Under the pieces are notes generated by a model. It ran no database searches and was not told the DNA's origin. It worked only from the letters and a program-made list of their open reading frames with translations. This document shows, one piece after another, positions 28,965-38,755 of a stretch of 64,000 nt of DNA (its first letter is position 1; every line of letters starts with the position of its first letter). Location of the stretch: positions 128,001-192,000 of the forward strand of contig JANNXA010000010.1 of assembly GCA_031409275.1 (NCBI GenBank). The letters run 5' to 3'. Both the position numbers and the translations under genes were made by a program. Source of the stretch: Planctomycetota bacterium. GTDB lineage: Bacteria; Planctomycetota; B15-G4; SIAN01.

Positions 28965-30635
28965 TCAGGACCCGAGGCGCTGCACTCGCTCGCACTCGCG
29001 TGCCAGCGCAGCGAAGAGCGGCCGTTCGCCCCATTTCACGATCAGCTCCTGCGCGCGGCGCGTGAAGTCGGCGCGCACCCGCGCGTCGCCGAGGTAGCGC
29101 CGCTGCGCGGTCTGCAGCTGCAACTGCTCGATCGCTCCGGCGCCGCGCGCCGACGCCGCAAGCCACAGATGGACCAGCGCCGCCCCGATCGCGCCACGTG
29201 CCGCGAGGCACGCCCCGAGTTCCGCGTGCGCCTTGCCGTAGTCGGGTAGCCGCTCGATCGCGGCCTGCGCGTGCGGCGCCGCAGCGTCCGCCTCGCCGCG
29301 CTCGCGCAGCAGATGGGCCAGCGTGCATTCGACGCGCGCGCTCGCCGGAGCGACTCTTGCCGCCGCGGTGTAGAGCGTGAGCCCGTCGCGCCAATCGTTC
29401 GCCCGCACGGAGCTGCGCAGGCCGAGCGCTACCACGACCGCACCGCCGAGTGCGAACAGCGACTTGCGAGCGGCCGGCGCCACGACGAGTCGCGCGAGCG
29501 CGGCGACCAGCGCCAGCAAGAGGCCGATGGCGGGCAGCGTGAAGAGGCGCTCGCCCATCACCGTGCCCACTGGCCGCGAGATGTTGGAGATCAACCACCA
29601 GCTCCCGCCCGCCAGCAGCAGCCCGAACCACTCGGCGCGCCGGGACGCGCCTGCTCGCCACGCCGCGACGAGCCATGCGACGGACAGCAGCAAGGTCGCG
29701 ACACCCGCCGCGAACCACGGATCGCGCGGCGAAGCGAGCGGCGTGATCGCTGCGAACGACCAGTCGACGGACAGCGATTGCGGCCACAGGAGCTGCCCGA
29801 CGTGACGGCCGAGCACCGAGATGCCGGTGAAGAGGCGTGTCGCGAACGGCGCGTCGATCAGCGGGTTGTCGACGAACGCGGTCTCCTCCGGCGCGAAGCC
29901 GACGAAATCGCCAAAGACCCTGACCCGCAGCGCCAACGCAGCGAGCAGCGCAACCGCCAGCGCCAGCAGCAGCAGCAGCGGGCCGCGCGTGGATCTCGGT
30001 GCGCCGCCATCGATCGCTCGCGCTCGCAGCAGCAGCGCGAGCAACGCGGGCAGCGCCGCGAAGGCCCCCTCCTTCGAAAGCAACGCCGCACCGAAGCTCA
30101 TCAGCACGAGCAGCGCCTTCGCGCCGCCGCCACCGCCGCTCGCCAAGAGGAGCGCCGTGCACAGCACGCAAAGCGCCGCCTGCGTCTCGCTGCGGCTCAC
30201 GACTTCGAGCACGGCTTCGGAGAGGAGCGGGTGCGCGGCCACCAACCCGGTCAGCAGCAGCGCCGCCTGGAACGGCACCCCCAGGCGCAGTGCGAGTGCT
30301 CCAACGGCGGCAGCGGCCAGCGCCAACAGCGCAAGGTTGCCAACCCGCAGCGGGAGCGGCTCGCGTCCGGCGACGTGGATCGTCGCCTGGATCGAGAGCG
30401 CAGTGAGCGGTCGATAGAGACCACTGCGACCGCCTTGCGCCCAGAACTCCTCGCGAAAGTGGTCGCCCCACGCGACGGGCGATCGCGCGAATCGCTCGAC
30501 CTGGCCGAGATGGGCGACGTCGTCGCGCGTGAAGGGAAAGCGCAGCGAGCGGCCGTAGACCAGCCCCACCGTCAGCGCCGCGAGCGCGACGAGCAGGAAC
30601 AGGCGGCGCAGCACGACGGGTCGCTCGGGCGGCAT
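28965..30635 (-). CDS. TMTC/DUF1736-like GT-C glycosyltransferase with C-terminal TPRs
   Basis: F..DD after TM1, LYRPLT, HPL.SEAV..V.SRSE, LLSKE, ERLF.LP, R..DW.D...L, then TPR-like helices. Confidence 0.75.
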   Translation of the reverse strand: MPPERPVVLRRLFLLVALAALTVGLVYGRSLRFPFTRDDVAHLGQVERFARSPVAWGDHFREEFWAQGGRSGLYRPLTALSIQATIHVAGREPLPLRVGNLALLALAAAAVGALALRLGVPFQAALLLTGLVAAHPLLSEAVLEVVSRSETQAALCVLCTALLLASGGGGGAKALLVLMSFGAALLSKEGAFAALPALLALLLRARAIDGGAPRSTRGPLLLLLALAVALLAALALRVRVFGDFVGFAPEETAFVDNPLIDAPFATRLFTGISVLGRHVGQLLWPQSLSVDWSFAAITPLASPRDPWFAAGVATLLLSVAWLVAAWRAGASRRAEWFGLLLAGGSWWLISNISRPVGTVMGERLFTLPAIGLLLALVAALARLVVAPAARKSLFALGGAVVVALGLRSSVRANDWRDGLTLYTAAARVAPASARVECTLAHLLRERGEADAAAPHAQAAIERLPDYGKAHAELGACLAARGAIGAALVHLWLAASARGAGAIEQLQLQTAQRRYLGDARVRADFTRRAQELIVKWGERPLFAALARECERVQRLGS

Positions 30636-30708
30636 GGGCGTGGCATCGTATCGGCCGCGCAGGGAGGGCGATCCGCTCGACCGTCGCGCGTTTCGAGCGG
30701 AGGGTGGT

Positions 30709-33285
30709 GTGCCGCCGACAACTCGCAAGCTCGCATCGGCCCTCGTCGCGACGGCGCTCGCTTGCGCCGCGATCGGCGCCGGGACGTGGTGGCTCACGCG
30801 CGGCCCCCGGCCGCGGATCACGCCACCGACCGCGCGCGCCACCGCCATCAGCGAGTCGGAGGCCATCGGCGCGGCCGTCGCCGCCGACCCGAACGACGCG
30901 GGTCGCCTTGATCCGATGGCGTCGCTTGGGGCACGACTCGAGGTCGCGCCGACGATCGCAGCCGACGTTCCCGACGCGCTCGCGGCGTTGCCCCTCGAAG
31001 CCGCGCCGACTGAGGGCGTCGAGCTGCGCATCATCGACGCCGCGCGCGTCGCCGTCGCGGGCGCCGCGATCGTGACGCTGAGCGTGGCCGAGAACGACAA
31101 CGACTTGCCGCCCACGTTGCTCGATCCCGAGGCGCTCGCGCGCGGCGGTGCAAGGCGCTGGCGCAGCGACACCGAGGGACGCTGTCGCGTGCCCTTCGCG
31201 CTCGATTCGCGCCGCGTGCTGGCCTTCACCGCCGGCGCGCGCGGAACGCTGATCCTCGACCCGACCGTCTACTTTCCGATCGAGCTGATGGTGAAGCCGT
31301 GCTTCGTGGTCGAGGTCGAGGTCGTCGATGGTGCCGGCGTACCGCAAGCGGGGCTCGAGGTCGGATTCAGTCGCGCCAAGCAGAGCCTGATCGAGTCGAC
31401 CGTCCGCGCGCTCACTGACCCGCACGGACGCTGCCGATTCACCGACCTCGATCTCGTCTTGCTGACCACCCGAGCGCCGCGGCTTTCGATCGACGGTCCC
31501 GCCCCCGAAGAGAAGCGCGAGGAGTGGCGCGTCGCCTTGTGCGGGCTCGCGGGCGAGGCGGCGCAGCAGACGATCGAGCTGCCGCCGGCGACGCCGACGG
31601 CGACGGTCCGCCTCGTCGCGGCCGACCACGGCAGCCTTGCGATCCGGGTCGTCGCCGCGCCCGAGACGCCCCTGCCACCGAAATCCTCGGTGCTGATCCG
31701 GATGAGCGGCGCGGGCGATCGTCGCCTCGACGGCGCGGTGCCGCTCGATGAGGCGGGGCGCGCCTCCGTCGCCCCGCTTGAGCTTGGAGCCAGCGGCTTC
31801 GTCGAACTGAGAGCCGATGGCTTCGCCGCGACGCGCACGCCGATCCTCGGTCCGCGGCGATCGGCGGAACGAGTCGAGATCGAGCTGGTCGCGGAAGCGA
31901 ACGGATTCTGGGTGGTGGGTCGTGCCGTCGATGCCAACGGCGCACCGATCGCCTCGCGCAACCTCTCCGGCGAGTTCGAGCACAACGACTTCGAAACGCC
32001 GCTCGACGCCGACGGTCGCTTCAGGATCGACCTCACGAACGAGTACGACGAGGCGACGGTCAACGCCGAGCTGCGCCTCGTCGCCGGCGACGATCCGAAG
32101 GGGCAGGCGCCACGGCCGCGGCGCGCACCGCTCGACGCGAACGTGAAGCTGCAATGCGCCCCTCGCGGGACCGATGACCTCGGCGACGTCAGCTTCCGCG
32201 AACAGCGCCTGATCGTCGCCGGTCACGTCGTCGACGGTCAGGGCGCACCGGTCGCGGCGGCGTTCGTCGCGGTGCATGGCGCGACCCCGGCGGGCGGGGA
32301 CGCATCGAGTTTCAGTGACGCTGAAGGCGCCTTCGCCATCTACGGACGCTTCCCGGCCGGGCCGTGCAGCGTCTCCGCGTCACGGCGGGGACTGATCGTC
32401 GCCAACGTGCGCGACGTTGCGCTCGGGACGGTCGATCTGCGCCTCGAACTCGTGGCGGGAGGGGCCTGCGAAGGTTCGCTGCGAGCCGATGGGCCGCTGG
32501 CGCCGAACTGGTTCCTCGCCGCCCTGGTTCCTGCCGGCAGTCACGAGCGCGTGAAAGCCGTCGTGCCGACGAAGGAAGGGCGGTTGCGCTTCCCGCTGCT
32601 CCCCGCAGTGCCGCACGATTTCGTGCTGAGCTTCGCCAGCGATCCCGAGCGCCGCGAGCTGTTGCGGTGGACGGGCATCGAAGTCCGCCCGCACGAACTC
32701 ACCTGCGATCCGCGGCTGATCGACCTCGATCCGGCCAACTGGATCGCGACGAGCGAGCTTCACGTCCACCTGCCCGACGGCGCCCCCGCACCGGAAGGCC
32801 AGCTCCTCGTCGACCCGGACACGCGCAAGCCGAAGGGGCAGCTCGCGCTGGTGGACGGCATCGCCGTCGCGCCCTTCTTCGGAGATCAGGTCCGCTTCAC
32901 GCTGCTCGTTCCTGGCTGGCGCAGCATCAGCGGCCAGCAACGCGCCGGCCGCCAGGACCTCACGCTCGAACCGCCGCTGCAGGCGACCGTCGTGGTCGGG
33001 GGAATCGCCCCGCGCGACGACGGCCTCGTCGTCACCGGACTCGAAGCGCGCCCGCAGTCGACCGCGCTGCGCCGGCTCGGGGCCATTGCGCGCGGCGCGT
33101 TGAACGAGGGTGTCGCCGAGCTCGCCCTGCCGGCCTACGGCAAGTACGAACTCCTGCTGCAGCTGATGCGGCGCGCTCCCGATGGCACCTGGCAGCCCGA
33201 CCCGAAGGGAACGCGCGAGGTGCGTGCGGGCAGCATCGACTTCAAGCAAAACGGCCCACAACGGTTCGAGGTGAAGGTGAAGTAG
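30709..33285 (+). CDS. Membrane-anchored carboxypeptidase-regulatory-like (beta-sandwich repeat) protein
   Basis: N-terminal TM; repeated 'GRAVDANGAPI', 'GHVVDGQGAPVA', 'TDPHGRCRF', 'SDAEGAFAI' units. Confidence 0.75.
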   Translation: MPPTTRKLASALVATALACAAIGAGTWWLTRGPRPRITPPTARATAISESEAIGAAVAADPNDAGRLDPMASLGARLEVAPTIAADVPDALAALPLEAAPTEGVELRIIDAARVAVAGAAIVTLSVAENDNDLPPTLLDPEALARGGARRWRSDTEGRCRVPFALDSRRVLAFTAGARGTLILDPTVYFPIELMVKPCFVVEVEVVDGAGVPQAGLEVGFSRAKQSLIESTVRALTDPHGRCRFTDLDLVLLTTRAPRLSIDGPAPEEKREEWRVALCGLAGEAAQQTIELPPATPTATVRLVAADHGSLAIRVVAAPETPLPPKSSVLIRMSGAGDRRLDGAVPLDEAGRASVAPLELGASGFVELRADGFAATRTPILGPRRSAERVEIELVAEANGFWVVGRAVDANGAPIASRNLSGEFEHNDFETPLDADGRFRIDLTNEYDEATVNAELRLVAGDDPKGQAPRPRRAPLDANVKLQCAPRGTDDLGDVSFREQRLIVAGHVVDGQGAPVAAAFVAVHGATPAGGDASSFSDAEGAFAIYGRFPAGPCSVSASRRGLIVANVRDVALGTVDLRLELVAGGACEGSLRADGPLAPNWFLAALVPAGSHERVKAVVPTKEGRLRFPLLPAVPHDFVLSFASDPERRELLRWTGIEVRPHELTCDPRLIDLDPANWIATSELHVHLPDGAPAPEGQLLVDPDTRKPKGQLALVDGIAVAPFFGDQVRFTLLVPGWRSISGQQRAGRQDLTLEPPLQATVVVGGIAPRDDGLVVTGLEARPQSTALRRLGAIARGALNEGVAELALPAYGKYELLLQLMRRAPDGTWQPDPKGTREVRAGSIDFKQNGPQRFEVKVK

Positions 33286-33320
33286 CGGCGAAACGCCGAC
33301 ACTGCAGCGCTCCCACGGTC

Positions 33321-35315
33321 TCAGCGCCCGTAGCCGAGCGCCTCGAGTTGCGCCGCGCGATCGCGACTCAGCTCGTCACGCGGCAGCGAAGCGGCCGGCC
33401 GGCGATGCGTGTGACGCGCCGACTCGGCGGCATGACGGCGACGCATCTCCTGGAACAGCTCCGGCCGCAGCAACACCAGGTTGTGGGTCTCCTGCGGATC
33501 GACCGCGAGGTCGTAGAGCTCCCACCGCTGCGTCGCACCGGGCGCGCCGTGAGCTGCCTCCCAGAGATGGACGAGCTGCCGTCGCGACAGCAACACCGAG
33601 GCGTGGCGCGCATCCTCCTGCGGCGCGAGGAGGGTCGGGTGGTGGAGCAGCTTGAAACGACGGGTGCGCACGCCGGTGATGAAAGCGGACGGATCCTTGC
33701 CGGCCTCGATCCATGCCACCGGCTCATCCGCCGGAAGCGCGTCGGAGGGAGCTCCCGCGTCGACCGCGGCGGTGCGACCGAGATCGCCTGCCAGCAGCTC
33801 TCCGGCCATCGAGCGGCCATCGAGTCCGTCCGGCACCTCGACGCCGAGCAGATCGAGCAACGTCGGCATCAGATCGACCCCCTGAACCAGCTCGGGGAAG
33901 GCGACCCCGGCGCGCAGCAGCGATGGCGCCCGCAAGAGCAGAGGCACGCGGACGTTGTTGTCGTAGGCGAAGAGCCCATGGTTGAAGAAGACGTTGCGCT
34001 CGGTCATCGACTCGCCGTGGTCGCCCATCACGACCACGAGCGTGTCGTCGCGACGGCCGGCCGCATCGAGCGCTTGCAACAGCACGCCGACCTGCTCGTC
34101 GACGGCGGCGATCGCCGCGTCGTAGCGCGCGACATAGAGATCGAGGTCGGTCGACCCCTCGTCGATCGCGGTGGAGCGCTTGATCTCGCCGAGGTACCAG
34201 TCGCCGATCGCGACGCGGCGATGGCGCTCGCGCCCCCACCACGCGTCGCCGACGTAGCGGTCGCGCCCTTCCGATGGCGGCTCGTAGGGATGGTGCGGGT
34301 CGAGGTAGTGGACATAGGTGAACGTGCGTTGATCCGGCCATGCGGCCAACGCTGCGCAGACGCGCGCGTTGACGGCGGCGGCGCTGGCGCGCTCCTGCCA
34401 CGAGTGGCCGACGAACTCGAAGGAGTGAAACCCCTGATCGAACTGGAACGGGCTGGCGAGCGTCGGGTTGGCGACGAAGGCCGTGGTGAAGAAACCCGAT
34501 CCAGCGAGCTGCTCGGCCAGCGTCAAGCAATCGACCGGCAACGGCGAGCCCTCGGCGACGATGCCATGGCGACTCGGCCAGGTGCCGGTGAAGAGCGAGG
34601 CGACGCTCGGCGCCGTCGATGGCCGCGCGGTGACGGCCTGCAGGCACTGCACGCCGCTCGCCGCGAACGCGTCGAGCTGCGGTGACGTGTGCCGGCCGTA
34701 GCCGTAGCAGGAGAGGTGGTCGGCCCGGAGCGTGTCGATCACCACCAGCAGCAGGTGGCGCGGAGGAACGAAGCCGGGAGGGGGCGGCCGCGACGGTCGC
34801 ACCGCCGCCACCTCGTTCGCCACCTCGTTCGCCGCCACGACCGCCGTCTCCCGTTTCGCTTCGAGCTGCCACGTCGCCAGCGCGATCAGCGCCGCCAGCA
34901 GTGCGAGCCGCGGTCGCGATGCGAACCGAGCGCGCGCGGCCAGTGCTCCCAACAGCGCGCCACCGATCGCCAGCAACCCCACCGCGGCCACCAGCGGCAG
35001 CGGCGCGAGCGAACGCGCGGCGATGCGCGATGCGAGCGCCGCCGCAACGAGAGCGCCGATGGCGGGAGCGCGCATCGCGACCCGACGTCGCCACGGCATC
35101 GACGACAGCAGCAAGGCTCCGGCACACGCACCGATCAGCGAGTGCAGCAGCAACGCGAAGAGGAGCAGTGCGAGGGCCGGGCCGACGCCCCGCACCACTC
35201 CTCCGCGCGCCAACACCAGCACCGCGCCCAGCACCCCTCCGAACAGCGCGCCACCTGCGGCGCCCGCGAGCGCCCCTTCGATCGCTCGCGCAGCGGCCGT
35301 CTCGCGCCGTTTCAC
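33321..35315 (-). CDS. Membrane-anchored sulfatase-like (alkaline phosphatase superfamily) hydrolase/transferase
   Basis: About 5 N-terminal TMs; IDTLRADHL, STAPSVASLFTG..P..HG, HY.DPH.PY, GDHGE, HG, VPL, DLMPT, ELYDL..DP.E. Confidence 0.85.
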   Translation of the reverse strand: MKRRETAAARAIEGALAGAAGGALFGGVLGAVLVLARGGVVRGVGPALALLLFALLLHSLIGACAGALLLSSMPWRRRVAMRAPAIGALVAAALASRIAARSLAPLPLVAAVGLLAIGGALLGALAARARFASRPRLALLAALIALATWQLEAKRETAVVAANEVANEVAAVRPSRPPPPGFVPPRHLLLVVIDTLRADHLSCYGYGRHTSPQLDAFAASGVQCLQAVTARPSTAPSVASLFTGTWPSRHGIVAEGSPLPVDCLTLAEQLAGSGFFTTAFVANPTLASPFQFDQGFHSFEFVGHSWQERASAAAVNARVCAALAAWPDQRTFTYVHYLDPHHPYEPPSEGRDRYVGDAWWGRERHRRVAIGDWYLGEIKRSTAIDEGSTDLDLYVARYDAAIAAVDEQVGVLLQALDAAGRRDDTLVVVMGDHGESMTERNVFFNHGLFAYDNNVRVPLLLRAPSLLRAGVAFPELVQGVDLMPTLLDLLGVEVPDGLDGRSMAGELLAGDLGRTAAVDAGAPSDALPADEPVAWIEAGKDPSAFITGVRTRRFKLLHHPTLLAPQEDARHASVLLSRRQLVHLWEAAHGAPGATQRWELYDLAVDPQETHNLVLLRPELFQEMRRRHAAESARHTHRRPAASLPRDELSRDRAAQLEALGYGR

Positions 35316-36028
35316 CGGAGTTCCTGCCAGGCGAGCAGCGCTCCCACCAGCGCCGCCGCAACGAGACTCGCACGCGGAATCGAACGCGCCACGCCCGGCT
35401 TCCTTGCGCACGCAAGCAGCGTCAAGGCCACCAGGCTCGGCGCACCCCACTTGACGACGTGCGGCAGATCGAGGCGGACGATCAAGACCACGGTGAGCGC
35501 GTAGAAGTACGACGCCACCATGCGCTGCACGTGCAGCCGCATCGGCGTTGCCGACGTCGCGCCGCCGCGCAACGTGGCGCGTGCCTCACTCACCGCGATC
35601 AGCGCGAAGAGCAGCCCGAGCCACCCGACGACCGGGTCCTTCTTCACCAGCGCGACCAGCACTCCCGCCAGCAGGAACTGCAGCAGCAACGCGATGGCGT
35701 CGCCGATCCCGGAGGTGAGCCGTCCGTCCACGACCCGACGCCGCACCGCGCGCCAGCCGAGGAATCCCTGCGCCGCGCCCAAGAGGTTGAAGGCGAAATC
35801 GCGTTTGAAGCGCCACGAGAAGAGCTCGTCGTGCGCGAAGGTGAACCACGATCCCGACAGCCACAGGAGCCCCATGCCAACCACGTAGGCGATTCCGGCT
35901 CGACGATGCAGCGTCCCGCCCTTGCGCGTCAGCAGGGCGAGCGGGCCGAGCACGAAGATGGTCGGCCATCCAAGGCAGCGATGGACCAGACGCAGCCCAT
36001 CTGCGAAGAGGGCCGGATCGTCGCTCAC
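35312..36028 (-). CDS. DUF2306-like membrane protein
   Basis: 'LVH...G......LAL..RKGGTLHRRAG..Y' and 'H..RM..SY'; about 6 TMs; GTGA overlaps on both sides. Confidence 0.65.
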   Translation of the reverse strand: MSDDPALFADGLRLVHRCLGWPTIFVLGPLALLTRKGGTLHRRAGIAYVVGMGLLWLSGSWFTFAHDELFSWRFKRDFAFNLLGAAQGFLGWRAVRRRVVDGRLTSGIGDAIALLLQFLLAGVLVALVKKDPVVGWLGLLFALIAVSEARATLRGGATSATPMRLHVQRMVASYFYALTVVLIVRLDLPHVVKWGAPSLVALTLLACARKPGVARSIPRASLVAAALVGALLAWQELR

Positions 36029-37005
36029 GCGGCGCTCCAGGGACGATGCCACGCCTGCAGCAGCGGCCGCAGCCAACGCGGCGGTCCGGCGGCGCGCCGC
36101 TCCTCCCGCCAGCGCGGCCGGTGGAGCGCGCCATCGAAGAGGTCGCCGTAAGGCAACCGCCACTGAAGCAGCGTCGCGTGGTAGCGCACCACGTCGGCGG
36201 CGCGCGCGCGAAGTTCGTCGCCGTCGAACCCGCGCGGCCGCGCCCGCCCGGTCACCACCGCTGCGGCCGCCGAAACCAGAAGTGATGCGCAAGGCAGTTC
36301 GAGATGGCGCCGCAGCGCCTCGGCGATCCGAGCGCGTGCCTGCTCGAATCGCCGCCATCCCTGCGCCGCGACGGCGTGGGCGGTCGCCAGATCGGTCGTC
36401 GCGAGCAGTTCGGTGCGCAACTCGGCGATCGCCGCACGGTGCTCGTCCGCGCCCGCCTCGACGCCATCGAGATCGGCGAGCGCGCGCAGCGACCGCCCCT
36501 GCGACCACGCTGCTGCGAACAGGCTCGTCATCGCCAGCGGCCGCAGATTCGCGACGCGCGCCGCGAGCCGCTCGTGGCGCACCTGCGCCTCGAGCAGGCG
36601 CGCCAGCTGCGCGACGCGACTCGTGCGCGGCGTCGGCAGGTCGAGGAGCGGAGCGCCTGCGCCGCCGCGCCACCGCTCGCGCGAAGGCACCAGCGTCGTC
36701 CAGGCCAGCACGTCGAGAGTCGGCGGTGGCAGCATGTTCGGCTCGTGGCGAAACAGCGGCGCGAAGCGCCCTGGCAACCGGGTGCGCGCCGAGAAGTAGG
36801 CCGAGTTGTCGAGCGCGATGGCAGCGGGCACGACCAGCAGGTCGAGGTCCGAAAGGCCGGGCGCCCCGACCTCGCCGACCTGCCAGACCGCACGGGCGCG
36901 CGGAGCCACCGCCGCGGCGTAGCGCTGCGCCGCATCGTCGTAGAGCGCGCGCGGCAAGGTCCGTGGTGGCGCGACGAACGATGGGGCCATCGCGTCGCCA
37001 CTCAT
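36025..37005 (-). CDS. Nucleotidyltransferase-fold protein
   Basis: 'VGEVGAPGLSDLDLLVV' resembles the Pol-beta-type hG[S]x..DxD signature; 4-nt overlaps with both neighbours. Confidence 0.55.
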   Translation of the reverse strand: MSGDAMAPSFVAPPRTLPRALYDDAAQRYAAAVAPRARAVWQVGEVGAPGLSDLDLLVVPAAIALDNSAYFSARTRLPGRFAPLFRHEPNMLPPPTLDVLAWTTLVPSRERWRGGAGAPLLDLPTPRTSRVAQLARLLEAQVRHERLAARVANLRPLAMTSLFAAAWSQGRSLRALADLDGVEAGADEHRAAIAELRTELLATTDLATAHAVAAQGWRRFEQARARIAEALRRHLELPCASLLVSAAAAVVTGRARPRGFDGDELRARAADVVRYHATLLQWRLPYGDLFDGALHRPRWREERRAAGPPRWLRPLLQAWHRPWSAA

Positions 37006-38150
37006 GCCGATGCCGCGCGCGCCGCGGCCGACTCCCACAAGTCGTGGTAGCGGCCGACGACCTGCGACGCCGAGAAGCGCTCCTCCACGCGAGCGCGGCC
37101 CACCTGCCCCATGGCGCGCGCCTGCTCGGGAGCGGCGAGCCGCTCGACGAGCAGATCGAGCAGTCGCGCCGAATCGCCGATCGGCACGAGGTGTCCCGTG
37201 ACGCCCTCCTCTACTACGTCCGCGATCCCGCCCGCGGCATAGCTCACCACCGGCAACGACGCGGCCATCGCTTCGAGCAGCACGCGACCGAGTCCTTCGA
37301 CCCGCGGTGCGTGCACCATGGCGTCGGCCGCCGCCAGCACCGTGAAGATCTCGTCATGCCAGCCGACGAGGCGCAAGGCGTGCGCGCAGCGAAGCGCCTC
37401 GGCGCGCGCGATGAGCCGCGCCGCAACGCCATCGTGGTCGCGGCCGACCAGGACGAGGACCAGTTCGGGCAGCTGTCGCAGCGCACGCGGAAGCTCTTCG
37501 AGCAGCTGATCCTGGCCCTTGGCGCCGAGCCGCGTCACGACCGACACGGCGACCCGCTGCGACGGCTCGAGCGCGAGCCGGCGCCGCAGTTCGTCGCGAC
37601 GCGCGCGCAGCTCGCTCGCCTGCGCGAGCCGCTGCGGCGTCACGAAGTGGCCGATCACCTCGACCTGCTGACCGGGCGCGTGGTCGTGGACGTGCCGCCG
37701 CAGCGCCTGCGAAAGCGCGACCACGCCGTCGAGCTGCGCGATCGAGCGGCGGCATCGCCAGCGCATCCAGCCATCGCCACCGAAGCGACCGAAACCACGC
37801 ACCGTCGAGAGGCGCGCGACGCCGCGGCGCGCGGCGAGCGTGATCGGCTGCCGACAGGAGGTGAGCGTATTCTGGTTGAAGTGCACCACACCGCGCGCGG
37901 TCGCGAGTCCCGACGCGATGCGGCGCCGCCCGCGCCAGTCGAACGTCCCCTCGATCTGCGCGCGATCGAGGCAGCGAGCGCCCGCCTGCTGCGCACGCCG
38001 GACGACGCCGTCGTACTCGCTCCAGCTTGGCGCGATGAAGCTGGCGGCAACGCGGCGGCGATCGAGCCGTTCGATCAGTTCGACCCAGGAGTACTCGGCG
38101 CCGCCGACATGGTGAGAGTCGAGGAGGAAGAGCAGCGGCAGAGCGTGCAT
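37002..38150 (-). CDS. Glycosyltransferase family 4
   Basis: GGAE; R....KG; 'EGLGRVLLEAMAASLPVV....GGI.DVV..G.TG.L'. Confidence 0.9.
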   Translation of the reverse strand: MHALPLLFLLDSHHVGGAEYSWVELIERLDRRRVAASFIAPSWSEYDGVVRRAQQAGARCLDRAQIEGTFDWRGRRRIASGLATARGVVHFNQNTLTSCRQPITLAARRGVARLSTVRGFGRFGGDGWMRWRCRRSIAQLDGVVALSQALRRHVHDHAPGQQVEVIGHFVTPQRLAQASELRARRDELRRRLALEPSQRVAVSVVTRLGAKGQDQLLEELPRALRQLPELVLVLVGRDHDGVAARLIARAEALRCAHALRLVGWHDEIFTVLAAADAMVHAPRVEGLGRVLLEAMAASLPVVSYAAGGIADVVEEGVTGHLVPIGDSARLLDLLVERLAAPEQARAMGQVGRARVEERFSASQVVGRYHDLWESAAARAASA

Positions 38151-38755
38151 CACCGGACGCCGATCGATTCCGCGGCGACTTCGTGCGCCTGCCGCGAGCG
38201 CCGCCAGCGCCGCCGGCCGGCGATCCAAGCGCAGAGCGCAAGCGCGACGGCGAACGCCGCGACGCGCGGGTGGCCGATCGCCAGCAGGAGCGGCGCCAAC
38301 AAGCCGCGAGCGACCGCGCGCGCCCACGGCCGATCAGCGATCCACGCGGCGAGCGGCGGCGAGGTCCGCTCGTACCACGCCACGAACGCGCGTCCCGCTC
38401 GATGGGGGCGCAAGTGGGCGTCGCGGAACTCCCGTAGCGCCGCCACCTCCGGTTCGAGCGGAGAACCGAACGCCGCTGTCGCGACGAAGCAACGCGAGCC
38501 ACCGCCGCCACCACCGCCACCGCTGCTCGGTGGCCGCGGCGTCACGCTCTTGGTGCCGATGCGACCAGCGGCGTCGTAGTCGTAGGAGATCGTGGTCGCG
38601 CCGTCGTAGGTCAGGCGGGTCAGACGATCGTCGCTGTCGTAGCGATAGGTCTGCACCTGGCGCTGCGGCACGACTTGCGGTGCCGCCAGCAACGTGGCGG
38701 AACAGGTGAACTGAAGCACGAAGGCGGTGAGCTGCATGGTGAATCTCCGGGTCAT
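38150..38755 (-). CDS. Small secreted YD-repeat protein with CFI-box-CTERM domain and TM/basic tail
   Basis: Signal-like N-terminus; YRYDSDDRLTRLTY / YDYDAAGRI; poly-Gly linker; CFVATAAFGS...V..LR.FRD..L.....GR.FV.WY...SPP.A..I; TM followed by RRRWRR. Confidence 0.82.
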   Translation of the reverse strand: MTRRFTMQLTAFVLQFTCSATLLAAPQVVPQRQVQTYRYDSDDRLTRLTYDGATTISYDYDAAGRIGTKSVTPRPPSSGGGGGGGGSRCFVATAAFGSPLEPEVAALREFRDAHLRPHRAGRAFVAWYERTSPPLAAWIADRPWARAVARGLLAPLLLAIGHPRVAAFAVALALCAWIAGRRRWRRSRQAHEVAAESIGVR

